The notes below the pieces were generated by a model. It did not search any database. It saw only the letters and a list, made by a program, of their open reading frames with translations, and was not told where the DNA came from. Source: Desulfobacterales bacterium (GTDB lineage: Bacteria > Desulfobacterota > Desulfobacteria > Desulfobacterales > JAFDCJ01). From it: a stretch of DNA of 36,936 nt. The stretch is taken from the NCBI GenBank assembly GCA_050121225.1, contig JASFJP010000001.1, positions 1 to 36,936 of the forward strand, read 5' to 3'. Made by a program: the position numbers and the translations under genes. Below are positions 19,566 through 28,456 of the stretch, one piece after another. The stretch's first letter is position 1. Every line of letters starts with the position of its first letter.

Positions 19566-21041
19566 ATGATACGCGGATTAAAAGCTGGGAAACGCCATAG
19601 CGGGGGGTTTGGGCTCAGCGTATTCACAGACGATGAGCTCTATGAAATCCATCTGGCCACACTGGATGTGCTTAAAAACACGGGCGTCTTTGTTGAAAAT
19701 GACAAGGCTCTCCCCATTTTTGATGGCGGGGGAGCTATCGTAGACCGAAAAAAAAGGATCGTAAAATTTCCTCCCCACGTCGTGGAGGACGCGATCCGTA
19801 GCGCCCCATCTACATTTCATGCTTACGGCCGCATCCCAGAAAGCGATATTGCGCTTGAAGATAATCGGATCTCATTCACTAATTTCGGTGAAGGAATCAT
19901 GTTCGTTGATCCGCAAACCGGTGAACTCAGAGACACCACCAAAGCGGACATCGAAAAAGCTTCAAAAATTATTGACTATCTGGAACATGTCGAAACCTAT
20001 GAAAGATGCATGTGCTCGCACGACAAGCCCCCTAAAGTTCAGGCACTTCACAACGCCGAAGCGTCCCTAACCAATACAACCAAACACCACTGGTTAGGGC
20101 CGGTCAACGGCTATCAGGCCCGAAGAATTGTGGAAATGCTGGTTGCAATAGCCGGTAGTAAGGAGAAAGTGAGAGAACGACCCTTGCTGACATTCGCTAC
20201 TTGCCCGGTGAGCCCTCTCAAATTGCCCAAAGATCATTGCGATATTATTATGGAAGCAGCAAAAAACGGTTTGGGAGTGAATATTATCGGAATGGCTATG
20301 TCGGGAGGGTCTTCCCCGATACACCTTGCTGGAACGTTGGTTTCACAAAACTGTGAAGTTCTATCGAGTCTGGTTTTGAATCAAATGGTGTGCAAAGGAT
20401 CGCCGTTTGTGTATGGCAGTTCCACATGCCCGATGGATCTGCGGCGGGCGACGGCGTCAGTGGGATCCCCGGAGCTCGCTATGATCAGTGCCGCAGTCGC
20501 CCGGCTGGCACGATACTATAGCTTGCCTTGCTTTGTGGCCGGTGGATAGGCTGACACAAAAATCTGCGATTACCAGTCCGGCCACGAAAAGACCATAACC
20601 GCTCTATTACCCGCGTTGGCAGGTGCCAACGTGATATATGGGTTGGGAATGCTGGAAATGGGAATCACTTTCGATTTGGCCCAACTGGTGTTGGATAACG
20701 AAACAGCAGGCATGATTAAATATGCAGTTAACGGAATTCCGGTTGGGGATGAGACCTTGGCCGTTGATGTCATCCAAGAAGTTGGTATCTTCAACGATTT
20801 TCTTGGTCATGAGGATACTTTTAAGCATATGCGAACGCAATCGCAAGCGACCTTAATCGATCGCACGGTCCGGGAAGACTGGGAACAGGCGGGCGGTACC
20901 GATATTTATCAGCGAGCCAAGGAAAAAGTACAACATATTCTGGATACCTATGAACCTCCGCCGCTTGCCGACAGCATTCGGGCTACGATCCGTTCCATTA
21001 TCTCGGATGCAGAAGATGAACTGGGTGTATCCCAAAAATAA
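19566..21041 (+). CDS. mttB: Pyrrolysine-containing trimethylamine:corrinoid methyltransferase MttB (copy 1), 491 aa; in-frame TAG 20547-20549
   Basis: ORFs 19551..20549 and 20616..21041 share a frame. Read-through gives CFVAGG-O-ADTKICDYQSGHEKT...LAGANVIYGLGMLE, the canonical Pyl site; GGAGG RBS. Confidence 0.93.
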
Positions 21042-21074
21042 ATCCGAGAAAAATCTTCTCAAAGGAAAACGATT

Positions 21075-22466
21075 ATGGGAAAGATGCAAACCAGAATGGG
21101 GGACGGCCACCGAGTCGAGATGACCGATGCAGAGGTTCGAAATGATTTAGAAGCAGGCACCCAAGATGCCGCCGAGCGGGCCAAAATACCCCCGCTTACC
21201 CAAGATGAGATCCAATATCTATTTGAACTGCATCAGTGTACCGACAAAGCGGTTGGGGTAACACAAGGGAAGGAAATTTGTCTTACCTATGACAGCGGCA
21301 CCACCAAACTCAAACGGGCCAATATTTCCGTCAGCAAGATTCAATCGTTGCAGTTTTTTGAAAGAGCGCTTGGGGCCGACAGCCTGGAGCTTGCCCACAT
21401 TGATTACAGTTACAAACCGGTAAAACCGATTGTGGTTTTTGAACAGCCCATCATGGAACAAGCGCTTTTGATTACCATACCTCCGCTGCTCTACGGTGCC
21501 ATGCCGAATTTAGGTTTATACAGCCAACCTGACGGCCCATGTCCTAATCCAATGGATTTAATGCCTCAGCGAAAAATTGCAGAAGCTAAAGCATCCTATG
21601 AAGAGGCCGTTGAATATGCGGTAAAGGATATGGTCTACGTGGGCAGCCAGATGTATGTGACAGGCGCAGACGGTATTAACTTTGACACTACCGCTGCTGC
21701 GGGAGATGCGGAATTTTTGGCGACACTTCGCGCTATTGAGATCCTTCGAAAAAAATACCCGGCAATGGGTATTGAATTGGGAATGGCCTCGGAGTTTATT
21801 TTGGGATTGCATGGAGATTTATACTACAAGGGTGTTCAACTAGCGGGACTTTATCCCCATGACCAGGTAAAATTGGCCCAACAAGCAGGTGCCACGATCT
21901 TTGGACCTGCTATCAACATCATCAGCAATAAATCGCTCCCCTTCAACTTATCGCGCTCCGTAACCTACACCAAGGAATGCTCGAAGGAGGCCGATATTCC
22001 GATACATGCCGCGTTAGGCATGGGTGTCGGTGGGGTTCCATTGACCATTACCCCTCCCGTGGATGCATTAACGAGAGCGTCAAAGGCTCACGTAGAAATC
22101 TGCCGCTTGGATGGTTTGTAGGTGGGGGTCGGTGATCCCTACGGTATGCATGCGGCGCACGCAATCGTTTCGGGGATGGGCGGAATACGCACTGCCGGAG
22201 ATCTGGTAGCGCGTTTGCAGCTGAACCGGGCGATGAAGATTGATGCCGCAAAAAAGGTTGTCGCTGATAAACTGGGAGTTTCGGTTTCTGACCTTGCAGA
22301 CCCGGTTGCCATGCGGGAAGTGAGGGAGGATATGAATCTTGGAACACTCAACGAATGTCCCGGCGTGGCCAAAGGGATGGACGCAAAATTTCGAATTGCT
22401 GATTTACTCAATCTCGAGATTAATTCTGTAAATGTCTTCAAACAGAAGGCCGGTATCCAGGTGTAA
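21075..22466 (+). CDS. mtbB: Pyrrolysine-containing dimethylamine:corrinoid methyltransferase MtbB (copy 1), 463 aa; in-frame TAG 22119-22121
   Basis: TRMGDG, HIDYSYKPVKP, YGAMPNLGLY, GMGVGGVP, and RLDGL-O-VGVGDP...GMGGIRTAGDLVAR across the TAG. Confidence 0.93.
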
Positions 22467-22677
22467 CGAGCGAGAATTAAGGATTTAAACTGGAATACAT
22501 GTCGCCTTTCATCCTCGGATAATATTCTCAGGCAATAACTACGCAACTTTTCAAAATTGCCAGCGCGTCATACCGTAATTCGCGGTCTAGTTTGGCTCAT
22601 TTCAATTTTTCGAAAAAAAAGCATTTTTAATCAGTTTCTACGAATCCGGCGCTTCAGAGTCTGTGTGTCAAGAATTC

Positions 22678-22821
22678 CGGATAATTATCCTTTTTTTCTA
22701 ACAAACCCACCCAGTTCAGCAGTTCTTCGCCCTTTGAGGTAGCGGTTTTCGGATCCATTTTTTTGACAACAAGCGGTCCTTCGATAACATTTTCGATAAT
22801 CGATCGATGGGGGACTTGGAA
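22678..22821 (-). pseudogene. Fragment of polar amino-acid ABC ATPase (GlnQ-like)
   Basis: Manual translation FQVPHRSIIENVIEGPLVVKKMDPKTATSKGEELLNWVGLLEKKDNYP resembles the Q-loop-to-signature segment; no Walker A or LSGGQ. Confidence 0.65.
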
Positions 22822-22865
22822 AGCGTTTTTGCAACCACAGGTAGAGTAATGGCTCTAAATGTTTT

Positions 22866-24743
22866 CTACTCTTGCCTGAGAGGCGGGGCATCAAAGGGAA
22901 TGGTGACCTCGTACAAGCCGTTATGGACACGAGCGTTTATTGGTAAATAGCCTCTTTCAAAAACTTTCATCATCACTTTGTTTGCTTCCAGTACTTCAGC
23001 GGTAAAACCTTTCAATCCCCTCTCTTTTGCCAGCCGTATAAGCATTTCATAAAGGTAGGCCGCAATACCCAGGCCTTGATATGTTTCATCCACAACAAAC
23101 GCCAAATCTCCGTAAAAATTTTGCTCATTGGCAACATATCTTGCTTCTGCAATGATCTTATCCTGATCGGGCTCCCCAATCAGTGCCACCACAGACATCT
23201 CACGATTGTAGTCTATATTGACGTATTGTTGAATTTTCCCATGGGGCATGGTCGATATGGGATAGAAAAATCGATTGTAAACCATCTTATTTGAAAAACG
23301 GTAAAAAAGGCGACGCATGGCTTCTTCATCGGAAGGTTTGATAGCCCTGAATCGAACCTTGAGCCCGCCCTTAAAGGTGTGTTCGGTTGCAATTTCCATA
23401 GGGTATATATAGGCACTCCCTGATAAAAAAATCTGATCCTGGAACAGAATCTTCTTTTCTTTTGCCTGGTTGACAAGCTTTTCTCTATCGTCCGGATGAG
23501 CGATATCGATTAAGGCTTGGGCCCGTTCACGGATTGTGCGCCATTTCAGGTTGGCTATTCCATATTCGGTTACCACAACATCAATTGACTCACGCATATG
23601 AAACTGATTGCGAAGATCTCGAAGCATCACCACAATATTGGAGGAACCTTTTGGATTTCGACTAGGCAGTCCGAACACCGTACGTCCTCCCGGAGAGATC
23701 TCAGCGCCGGTTAACAGGTCTGCTGCTTCACCCGGACCGGACGTAATATTTCCCTTACCCACAGGAAACGCAATTCTACCTAACAAATCCACTTTTCGGG
23801 CTTGGAACACAACCACGAACTTAGGATTACGTCCGACTTGGATCGGATCAAATACTTGTTCAACACCTTGAAATTCAACCAGTGGATTGCGGTCCAACCA
23901 TGCCATCAACTCCGGTGTTCCCAGCGCATAGGAAGCAACTGATTTGCCCCTGAAAACAGTCTTGCGATAGTTGGTCACAGCCCCGCTTTTAACCAGATCC
24001 ATCAGGGCATCGGTAAAATAAGCCGAATGGATGCCCAGGTGGCGTTTGCCGGTAAGGTGCCGGCCTAATGCTTCAAACAAAGGACCGGTATGAAAGCTGA
24101 TACAATCCCCATCTTCAACCAATTGAGCTACATTGGCGGCAACTTGATCTATAACACTGTTAACCGGCCAGCGCTTAAAATAGGTCGGCGACTCGGTTGC
24201 TTTAATCAATAGGTCAAAATCTGAAATCGAGACAATTGTATCGCCGAATGTGAAAGGGATTCGGGTGTTGATTTCCCCTACCACCAACGAAGCTTGCTCC
24301 ATGGCCTCGCGAGCGACATCAATCGCCACCCCGAGACTGCAATAACCGGCTTCATTGGGAGGCGAAATTTGAATAAATGCCGTATCAATGGGAATCCGCT
24401 TGGATTTGATAATTTGGGGAATCTGGGAAATTCGACCCGGGATTAAATCCACACTTCCTGCAATAACAGCCTCACTGGCCACCCACGTGGAAAAAAACGT
24501 TTTGAGACGGTATCTCTGCCAATCAAGTTTTTTTAAAGAAAGGACATCCCCATGACTGGTGAGCTGGATCAATTCCAGATCATTGGTGTTCGAAAGACCG
24601 GAATCAATGAGACATTTCATCAGGGTGCGAGGTTCGGCCACACCGCTTCCGAGAAAGATAGTCATCCCCGGCTTAATATAGGCCAGGACCTCATCTGGAG
24701 TGACAACTAAATCTTCCCATTGGTTATTGGCGAGATCACTCAT
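22866..24743 (-). CDS. Acetyl-CoA hydrolase/transferase-like domain fused to C-terminal GNAT acetyltransferase
   Basis: IKPGMTIFLGSGVAEP, QISPPNEAGYCSLG, VVTEYGIANL...RERAQALIDIAHPDDRE; GNAT part RAIKPSDEE...NIDYNREM...FVVDETYQGLGIA. Confidence 0.88.
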   Translation of the reverse strand: MSDLANNQWEDLVVTPDEVLAYIKPGMTIFLGSGVAEPRTLMKCLIDSGLSNTNDLELIQLTSHGDVLSLKKLDWQRYRLKTFFSTWVASEAVIAGSVDLIPGRISQIPQIIKSKRIPIDTAFIQISPPNEAGYCSLGVAIDVAREAMEQASLVVGEINTRIPFTFGDTIVSISDFDLLIKATESPTYFKRWPVNSVIDQVAANVAQLVEDGDCISFHTGPLFEALGRHLTGKRHLGIHSAYFTDALMDLVKSGAVTNYRKTVFRGKSVASYALGTPELMAWLDRNPLVEFQGVEQVFDPIQVGRNPKFVVVFQARKVDLLGRIAFPVGKGNITSGPGEAADLLTGAEISPGGRTVFGLPSRNPKGSSNIVVMLRDLRNQFHMRESIDVVVTEYGIANLKWRTIRERAQALIDIAHPDDREKLVNQAKEKKILFQDQIFLSGSAYIYPMEIATEHTFKGGLKVRFRAIKPSDEEAMRRLFYRFSNKMVYNRFFYPISTMPHGKIQQYVNIDYNREMSVVALIGEPDQDKIIAEARYVANEQNFYGDLAFVVDETYQGLGIAAYLYEMLIRLAKERGLKGFTAEVLEANKVMMKVFERGYLPINARVHNGLYEVTIPFDAPPLRQE

Positions 24744-24753
24744 CTTTTTTTCT

Positions 24754-25113
24754 CTAATGATCTAATTTTTCATCCTCTTGCAAAAGTAACGATCCGTAAT
24801 GCCGTTTAAACTGGGTGGAGGAATATTTTGCCAACTTCCACTCCGGGATCCGGCACACCGGACATACGTTTTTGAACCACTTGTTGCGCAGCCAGCGCGC
24901 AGCTCTACTGTTGCGAGAATCAATGATCAGAAACGTTTTATGGCAGTGGGTGGTTACCCGGGCCTGGTCTCCAATCTTTTCTATTGTTTTGATACCGTGC
25001 AAAATCCCTTTACGTGAAGGCCACAATTTTATCTTATCAATCAGCCGAAACAGCTCTACGCGTTTGCGATAGAATCTTTTGGCGGGCTTTTTAGTCTTTT
25101 CCCCCGGGACCAT
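24754..25113 (-). CDS. pylSn: Pyrrolysyl-tRNA synthetase N-terminal (tRNA-binding) subunit
   Basis: KIKLWPSRKGILHGIK...THC...SRNSRAARWLRNKW...CPVCRIPEWKL; ATG 25113 lies 4 nt after the pylB stop. Confidence 0.92.
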   Translation of the reverse strand: MVPGEKTKKPAKRFYRKRVELFRLIDKIKLWPSRKGILHGIKTIEKIGDQARVTTHCHKTFLIIDSRNSRAARWLRNKWFKNVCPVCRIPEWKLAKYSSTQFKRHYGSLLLQEDEKLDH

Positions 25114-25117
25114 GGTT

Positions 25118-26221
25118 TCACATTGCTGGCGGAATGCTGTTTGCCGCCCGTTCATTTTGGCGATTTTTTATCCAGCTAAGATAGTCATATTTGCTTGCCG
25201 GTCGAAGAGCGCAATCGTTTAAAACATTTAATACGGATGCAATGGTTCTTCTCCCGTCTTCTATGTCCAAAAAATGCTGGGCCACTCCAGTGAGACCACT
25301 TCCTGGAGGTACAATCGAGGTTACGACATTGGCACCGGCTTCCAGGCGCTGTTTCAATCCGTCCAAACCATCTACATCCAATGAAGCCGGTATTAATCTA
25401 TCCGGGAAAACAAGCCTCATGACGGCGATGATCTTCATCTCTTTGAGAGAATCCGGTGGATTTCTTTTTTCCATCGGCGTTCCTGGCTGGGGAACAAATT
25501 TCATTACTCGCATCTGATCGGCATCGATCTGCTGCATCACGTTAAGAGATCTAGCAACGTCAAAGGGAGTTTCACCAACCCCACAAAGTAATCCTTCTTC
25601 AATCAGCATCCCGATGCCGTGGGCTTTATGTTTGGTTTCCAACCGCAAGGAGAAATCCTGTCCAGGCCTCAGCTGATCAAACAACTGCCCTTGATGCGTC
25701 TCCTGATAGCAGGCATACCAATCCGCGCCGGCTTTTACCAATCTTGGTAAAACATCTTCCGGAATCACCCCTGGTGACACCATAATCGGCACACCGGTGG
25801 CATGTCGCACCACACGGACCAACTCGACCAATCGATCAAATCCACTGCCGTCACTGTTAAACAAGAGGGGATCCTCGCCCATTGTCAAATCGATGAGATG
25901 AATTCCTGAATTTGACATATGCGCAGCTGCTGCAACAATTTCCGGCAACTCTTTACGATATCTCCGGATTTGCGAATTGGATCGGCGGTAATAGCAAAAA
26001 CGACAGTTATTGCGACAAAAGGTGCTGATATAAAGGAAACCATACAGGAAAATCTTATGGCCGAAATGCTGTTTGCGCAGATCTCTGGCCGTCCTAAATA
26101 GGGCCTCTAGCTCATCAGAACGGCAAAGGTTAAGCAAAATGACAAGGTCTTCATGGGAAAGCGTTTCATTTCGTCGAGGTTTGGAAAGAATGGTTTCAAG
26201 TTTAGGGAATGTGTTCTTCAT
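25118..26221 (-). CDS. pylB: Methylornithine synthase PylB (radical SAM)
   Basis: FLYGFLYISTFCRNNCRFCYYR, HLIDLTMGEDP, WYACYQETH, LIPASLDVDGLDGL..RL.AGANVVTSIVPP; directly after tRNA-Pyl. Confidence 0.95.
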   Translation of the reverse strand: MKNTFPKLETILSKPRRNETLSHEDLVILLNLCRSDELEALFRTARDLRKQHFGHKIFLYGFLYISTFCRNNCRFCYYRRSNSQIRRYRKELPEIVAAAAHMSNSGIHLIDLTMGEDPLLFNSDGSGFDRLVELVRVVRHATGVPIMVSPGVIPEDVLPRLVKAGADWYACYQETHQGQLFDQLRPGQDFSLRLETKHKAHGIGMLIEEGLLCGVGETPFDVARSLNVMQQIDADQMRVMKFVPQPGTPMEKRNPPDSLKEMKIIAVMRLVFPDRLIPASLDVDGLDGLKQRLEAGANVVTSIVPPGSGLTGVAQHFLDIEDGRRTIASVLNVLNDCALRPASKYDYLSWIKNRQNERAANSIPPAM

Positions 26222-26250
26222 GCGCTATGCAAAAATCACCAAATTTGGAA

Positions 26251-26324
26251 TGGCGGGGAGTACGGGAGTCGCACCCGCCTATGTGAGTTTAGAGCCCACA
26301 CGATCTCATCACGATCCACCCCCC
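26251..26324 (-). tRNA. pylT: tRNA-Pyl (anticodon CUA), 74 nt with encoded CCA
   Basis: GGGGGGU-G-GAUC-GUGAUGA-GAUC-G-UGUGGG-CUCUAAA-CUCACA-UAG-GCGGG-UGCGACU-CCCGU-ACUCCCC-G-CCA. One-nt acceptor/D linker, 6-bp anticodon stem, 3-nt variable loop, no T-psi-C, G73. Confidence 0.96.
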
Positions 26325-26366
26325 TCAATCCATAATGTAATTTTAGTCCCAGATCTTTTCTCCCTG

Positions 26367-27371
26367 TCACTGCGCTCTGGCGACGTCCACCATGGCCAAA
26401 AGATTTTCAAGCGGCGTGCCGGGTGCCACCGAGCAGCCCGGGGCCAGAATCTGGATTCCGCCTGCGATGGTCTTCTCACACTCTTGCTTGATGGTTTGCG
26501 GGTCCATAAGGTAAAGGGACGTGACTGTATCCACGCCTCCCATCAAGATGATATCCGTCCCGCATTTTTCCCGTGCAAGTTTGATGTTGGCTTTCGGTTC
26601 CAAGCTCAAAACATCGGCTCCGGTCTGACCCATATACTCCACGATGAAGTCCACATTGCCGCAAATATGCAGTATTTTGGGTACAGAAATGGCACCAAAT
26701 TGTCTCTTTTGATATTCAAATTCATAATCGCGATAGGTATCCGGTGCGGCCAGCATAGGAGAAGCCGTCATATCTTCACAAGCGATAATATCAGCACCCG
26801 CATCCACGAGAGCATGCGCCAGGGTAGTGCCCGCCTTTTCGGCTATGTCAAGAAAAGGCCGTATCTTTTCGGGAGTTTTAATGCTGGCTTTTAAAAGCGG
26901 AACCGAATCCAAAAGGCCGCCTGCAATCGTGAACGGACCGATGATCCCGCCGACTATCGGCACCTCATCACCCAATTCATTTTTAAGTAGGCGCACCGCT
27001 TTAAGCAGTTCCGGGATCCTGCCTCGCGAGAGAAAATCATCCGGAAATACCGGCGTGTCATCTAGAGTATACGGCGGCGGGAAATCGATGCCCGGAATCC
27101 CCTCACTGCCGCCCGGCTTTAATTTGCATCCCAAAGCCTCGGCCTCGATAGTTTGACAGAAAGGTACCCTAACCGCATCAAACCCCAACACGGTGTACGC
27201 TGACAAGGCTTGCTTGGCCATGGCCGCTCCATTTTCATGTCCTTCGGGCCAAAAGGCCTGGACCTTTTCCATTTGATCGTAGGTTACCGCAGCATTGGCC
27301 GAAAAACATGGCATTCGGTCCGCTGCCTGATGGTTGAGCACACGCATGACACGCTCTTTGGCATTCATCAT
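26367..27371 (-). CDS. MtaA/MtbA/CmuA-family methylcobamide methyltransferase (URO-D fold)
   Basis: GFDAVRVPFCQTIEAEALG, GRIP, GPFTIA, Zn ligands LHICG and APGC; AAGGAG RBS. Confidence 0.88.
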   Translation of the reverse strand: MMNAKERVMRVLNHQAADRMPCFSANAAVTYDQMEKVQAFWPEGHENGAAMAKQALSAYTVLGFDAVRVPFCQTIEAEALGCKLKPGGSEGIPGIDFPPPYTLDDTPVFPDDFLSRGRIPELLKAVRLLKNELGDEVPIVGGIIGPFTIAGGLLDSVPLLKASIKTPEKIRPFLDIAEKAGTTLAHALVDAGADIIACEDMTASPMLAAPDTYRDYEFEYQKRQFGAISVPKILHICGNVDFIVEYMGQTGADVLSLEPKANIKLAREKCGTDIILMGGVDTVTSLYLMDPQTIKQECEKTIAGGIQILAPGCSVAPGTPLENLLAMVDVARAQ

Positions 27372-27760
27372 CGAAAATCTCCTTGGCCGAAGATCTCATC
27401 GTCAATTATTGGAGGGTCGGAGAGTTTTTCATTCAAACCCTAGCAAAAAGCGTGATGACTGGTCGGTCGCGAAAACCGGGCACTGTCTGAAAGGATTAGG
27501 GATCGTTGCAAAAGAACAGGGATCGGCTGGATATTGCAGATCGCAAATTAAATCTAATTTTCAGCTAATGTATTAGTAAAATATCCCTTTGCTGTTCTTT
27601 TTGTACGAGCCCTTATCCATGAGTTTGCTCGGGTTTTGCGGCTGATTATTCATATAGCGGTTAAATCAAAAAACTCTCTGATCCCTCAATTATTTAAAAT
27701 CGACGTCGGTCAAAACTCCCAGCACATTAATGCTGCAACGCTATCTATTTACGCTCGCAT

Positions 27761-28405
27761 TTACTTTAAAATTGCTTGGAGCTTCTCGATTGTGTCTCCC
27801 GGCGATTCCCCAAAAAAATCCGCGCCGATTCGTTTCGCCCAATGGTCGGTTGCCACGGCTCCGCCAACCATGGTTTTAACCTTGCCACGGATGCCCGCTT
27901 CTTTCAAAGCTTCCTCCAGCTTTTTTTGGCCGATCTGTGTGGTCGTCATCATGGCTGATGATCCGATGACATCCGCATTGACTTCTTGAGCTTTTTCGAC
28001 AAATTTTTCAATCGGGACGTCCCGCCCCAGATCATGAACCTCATAGCCGTGCACGTTCAACATGGTCACCATGATGCCTTTACCGATGTCGTGAATATCT
28101 CCTTCAACGGTACCGATCACAATGACACCTAATTTCTCCTGTTGCCTATCCTCGGGTAGGGCTTCTTTCAAAATATCAACCGCAGCCACCATTGCATCGG
28201 AAGCGATGATCAATGCCGGCAAAAAGACCTCCCCGCGATCAAAAAGATCTCCCATTTTCCGGATTCCGGCCGCGAAACCTGCGTTGATCATTTCAACCGG
28301 GTCCACACCATCTTCCAGGGATTTTCTTGCAACTTCCCTGGCGGCCTCCTCATCCTGATCCAAAATGGATTGGGAAGCTTTCTCCAACCATTCTGATTTT
28401 TCCAT
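27761..28405 (-). CDS. Methyltransferase cognate corrinoid protein (MtbC/MttC-like)
   Basis: GEVFLP, GTVEGDIHDIGK (DxHxxG), DLGRDVP, SSAMMTTT, VGGA; directly downstream of mtbB copy 2. Confidence 0.92.
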   Translation of the reverse strand: MEKSEWLEKASQSILDQDEEAAREVARKSLEDGVDPVEMINAGFAAGIRKMGDLFDRGEVFLPALIIASDAMVAAVDILKEALPEDRQQEKLGVIVIGTVEGDIHDIGKGIMVTMLNVHGYEVHDLGRDVPIEKFVEKAQEVNADVIGSSAMMTTTQIGQKKLEEALKEAGIRGKVKTMVGGAVATDHWAKRIGADFFGESPGDTIEKLQAILK

Positions 28406-28456
28406 TCGTTCCTCTCCCGTGCGAAATTATGCGTTAATCCGGGCCAAGCCCCAAAT

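Noticed and set aside
20614-20631. GTTGGC-N4-GCCAAC hairpin about 65 nt after the TAG in both Pyl mttB genes (also 30301-30316)
   Set aside because: Largely dictated by the conserved LAGAN codons; no covariation evidence.
24741-24756. PylSn-GNAT fusion by read-through of the pylSn TAG
   Set aside because: The downstream ATG is out of frame; read-through stops at TGA after RKKDE.
26073-26894. Long plus-strand ORFs (273 aa here; also 28365..29054 and 36051..36644 on minus)
   Set aside because: Antisense shadows of well-supported genes (pylB/pylT/mtaA-like, mtbB2, moeA).
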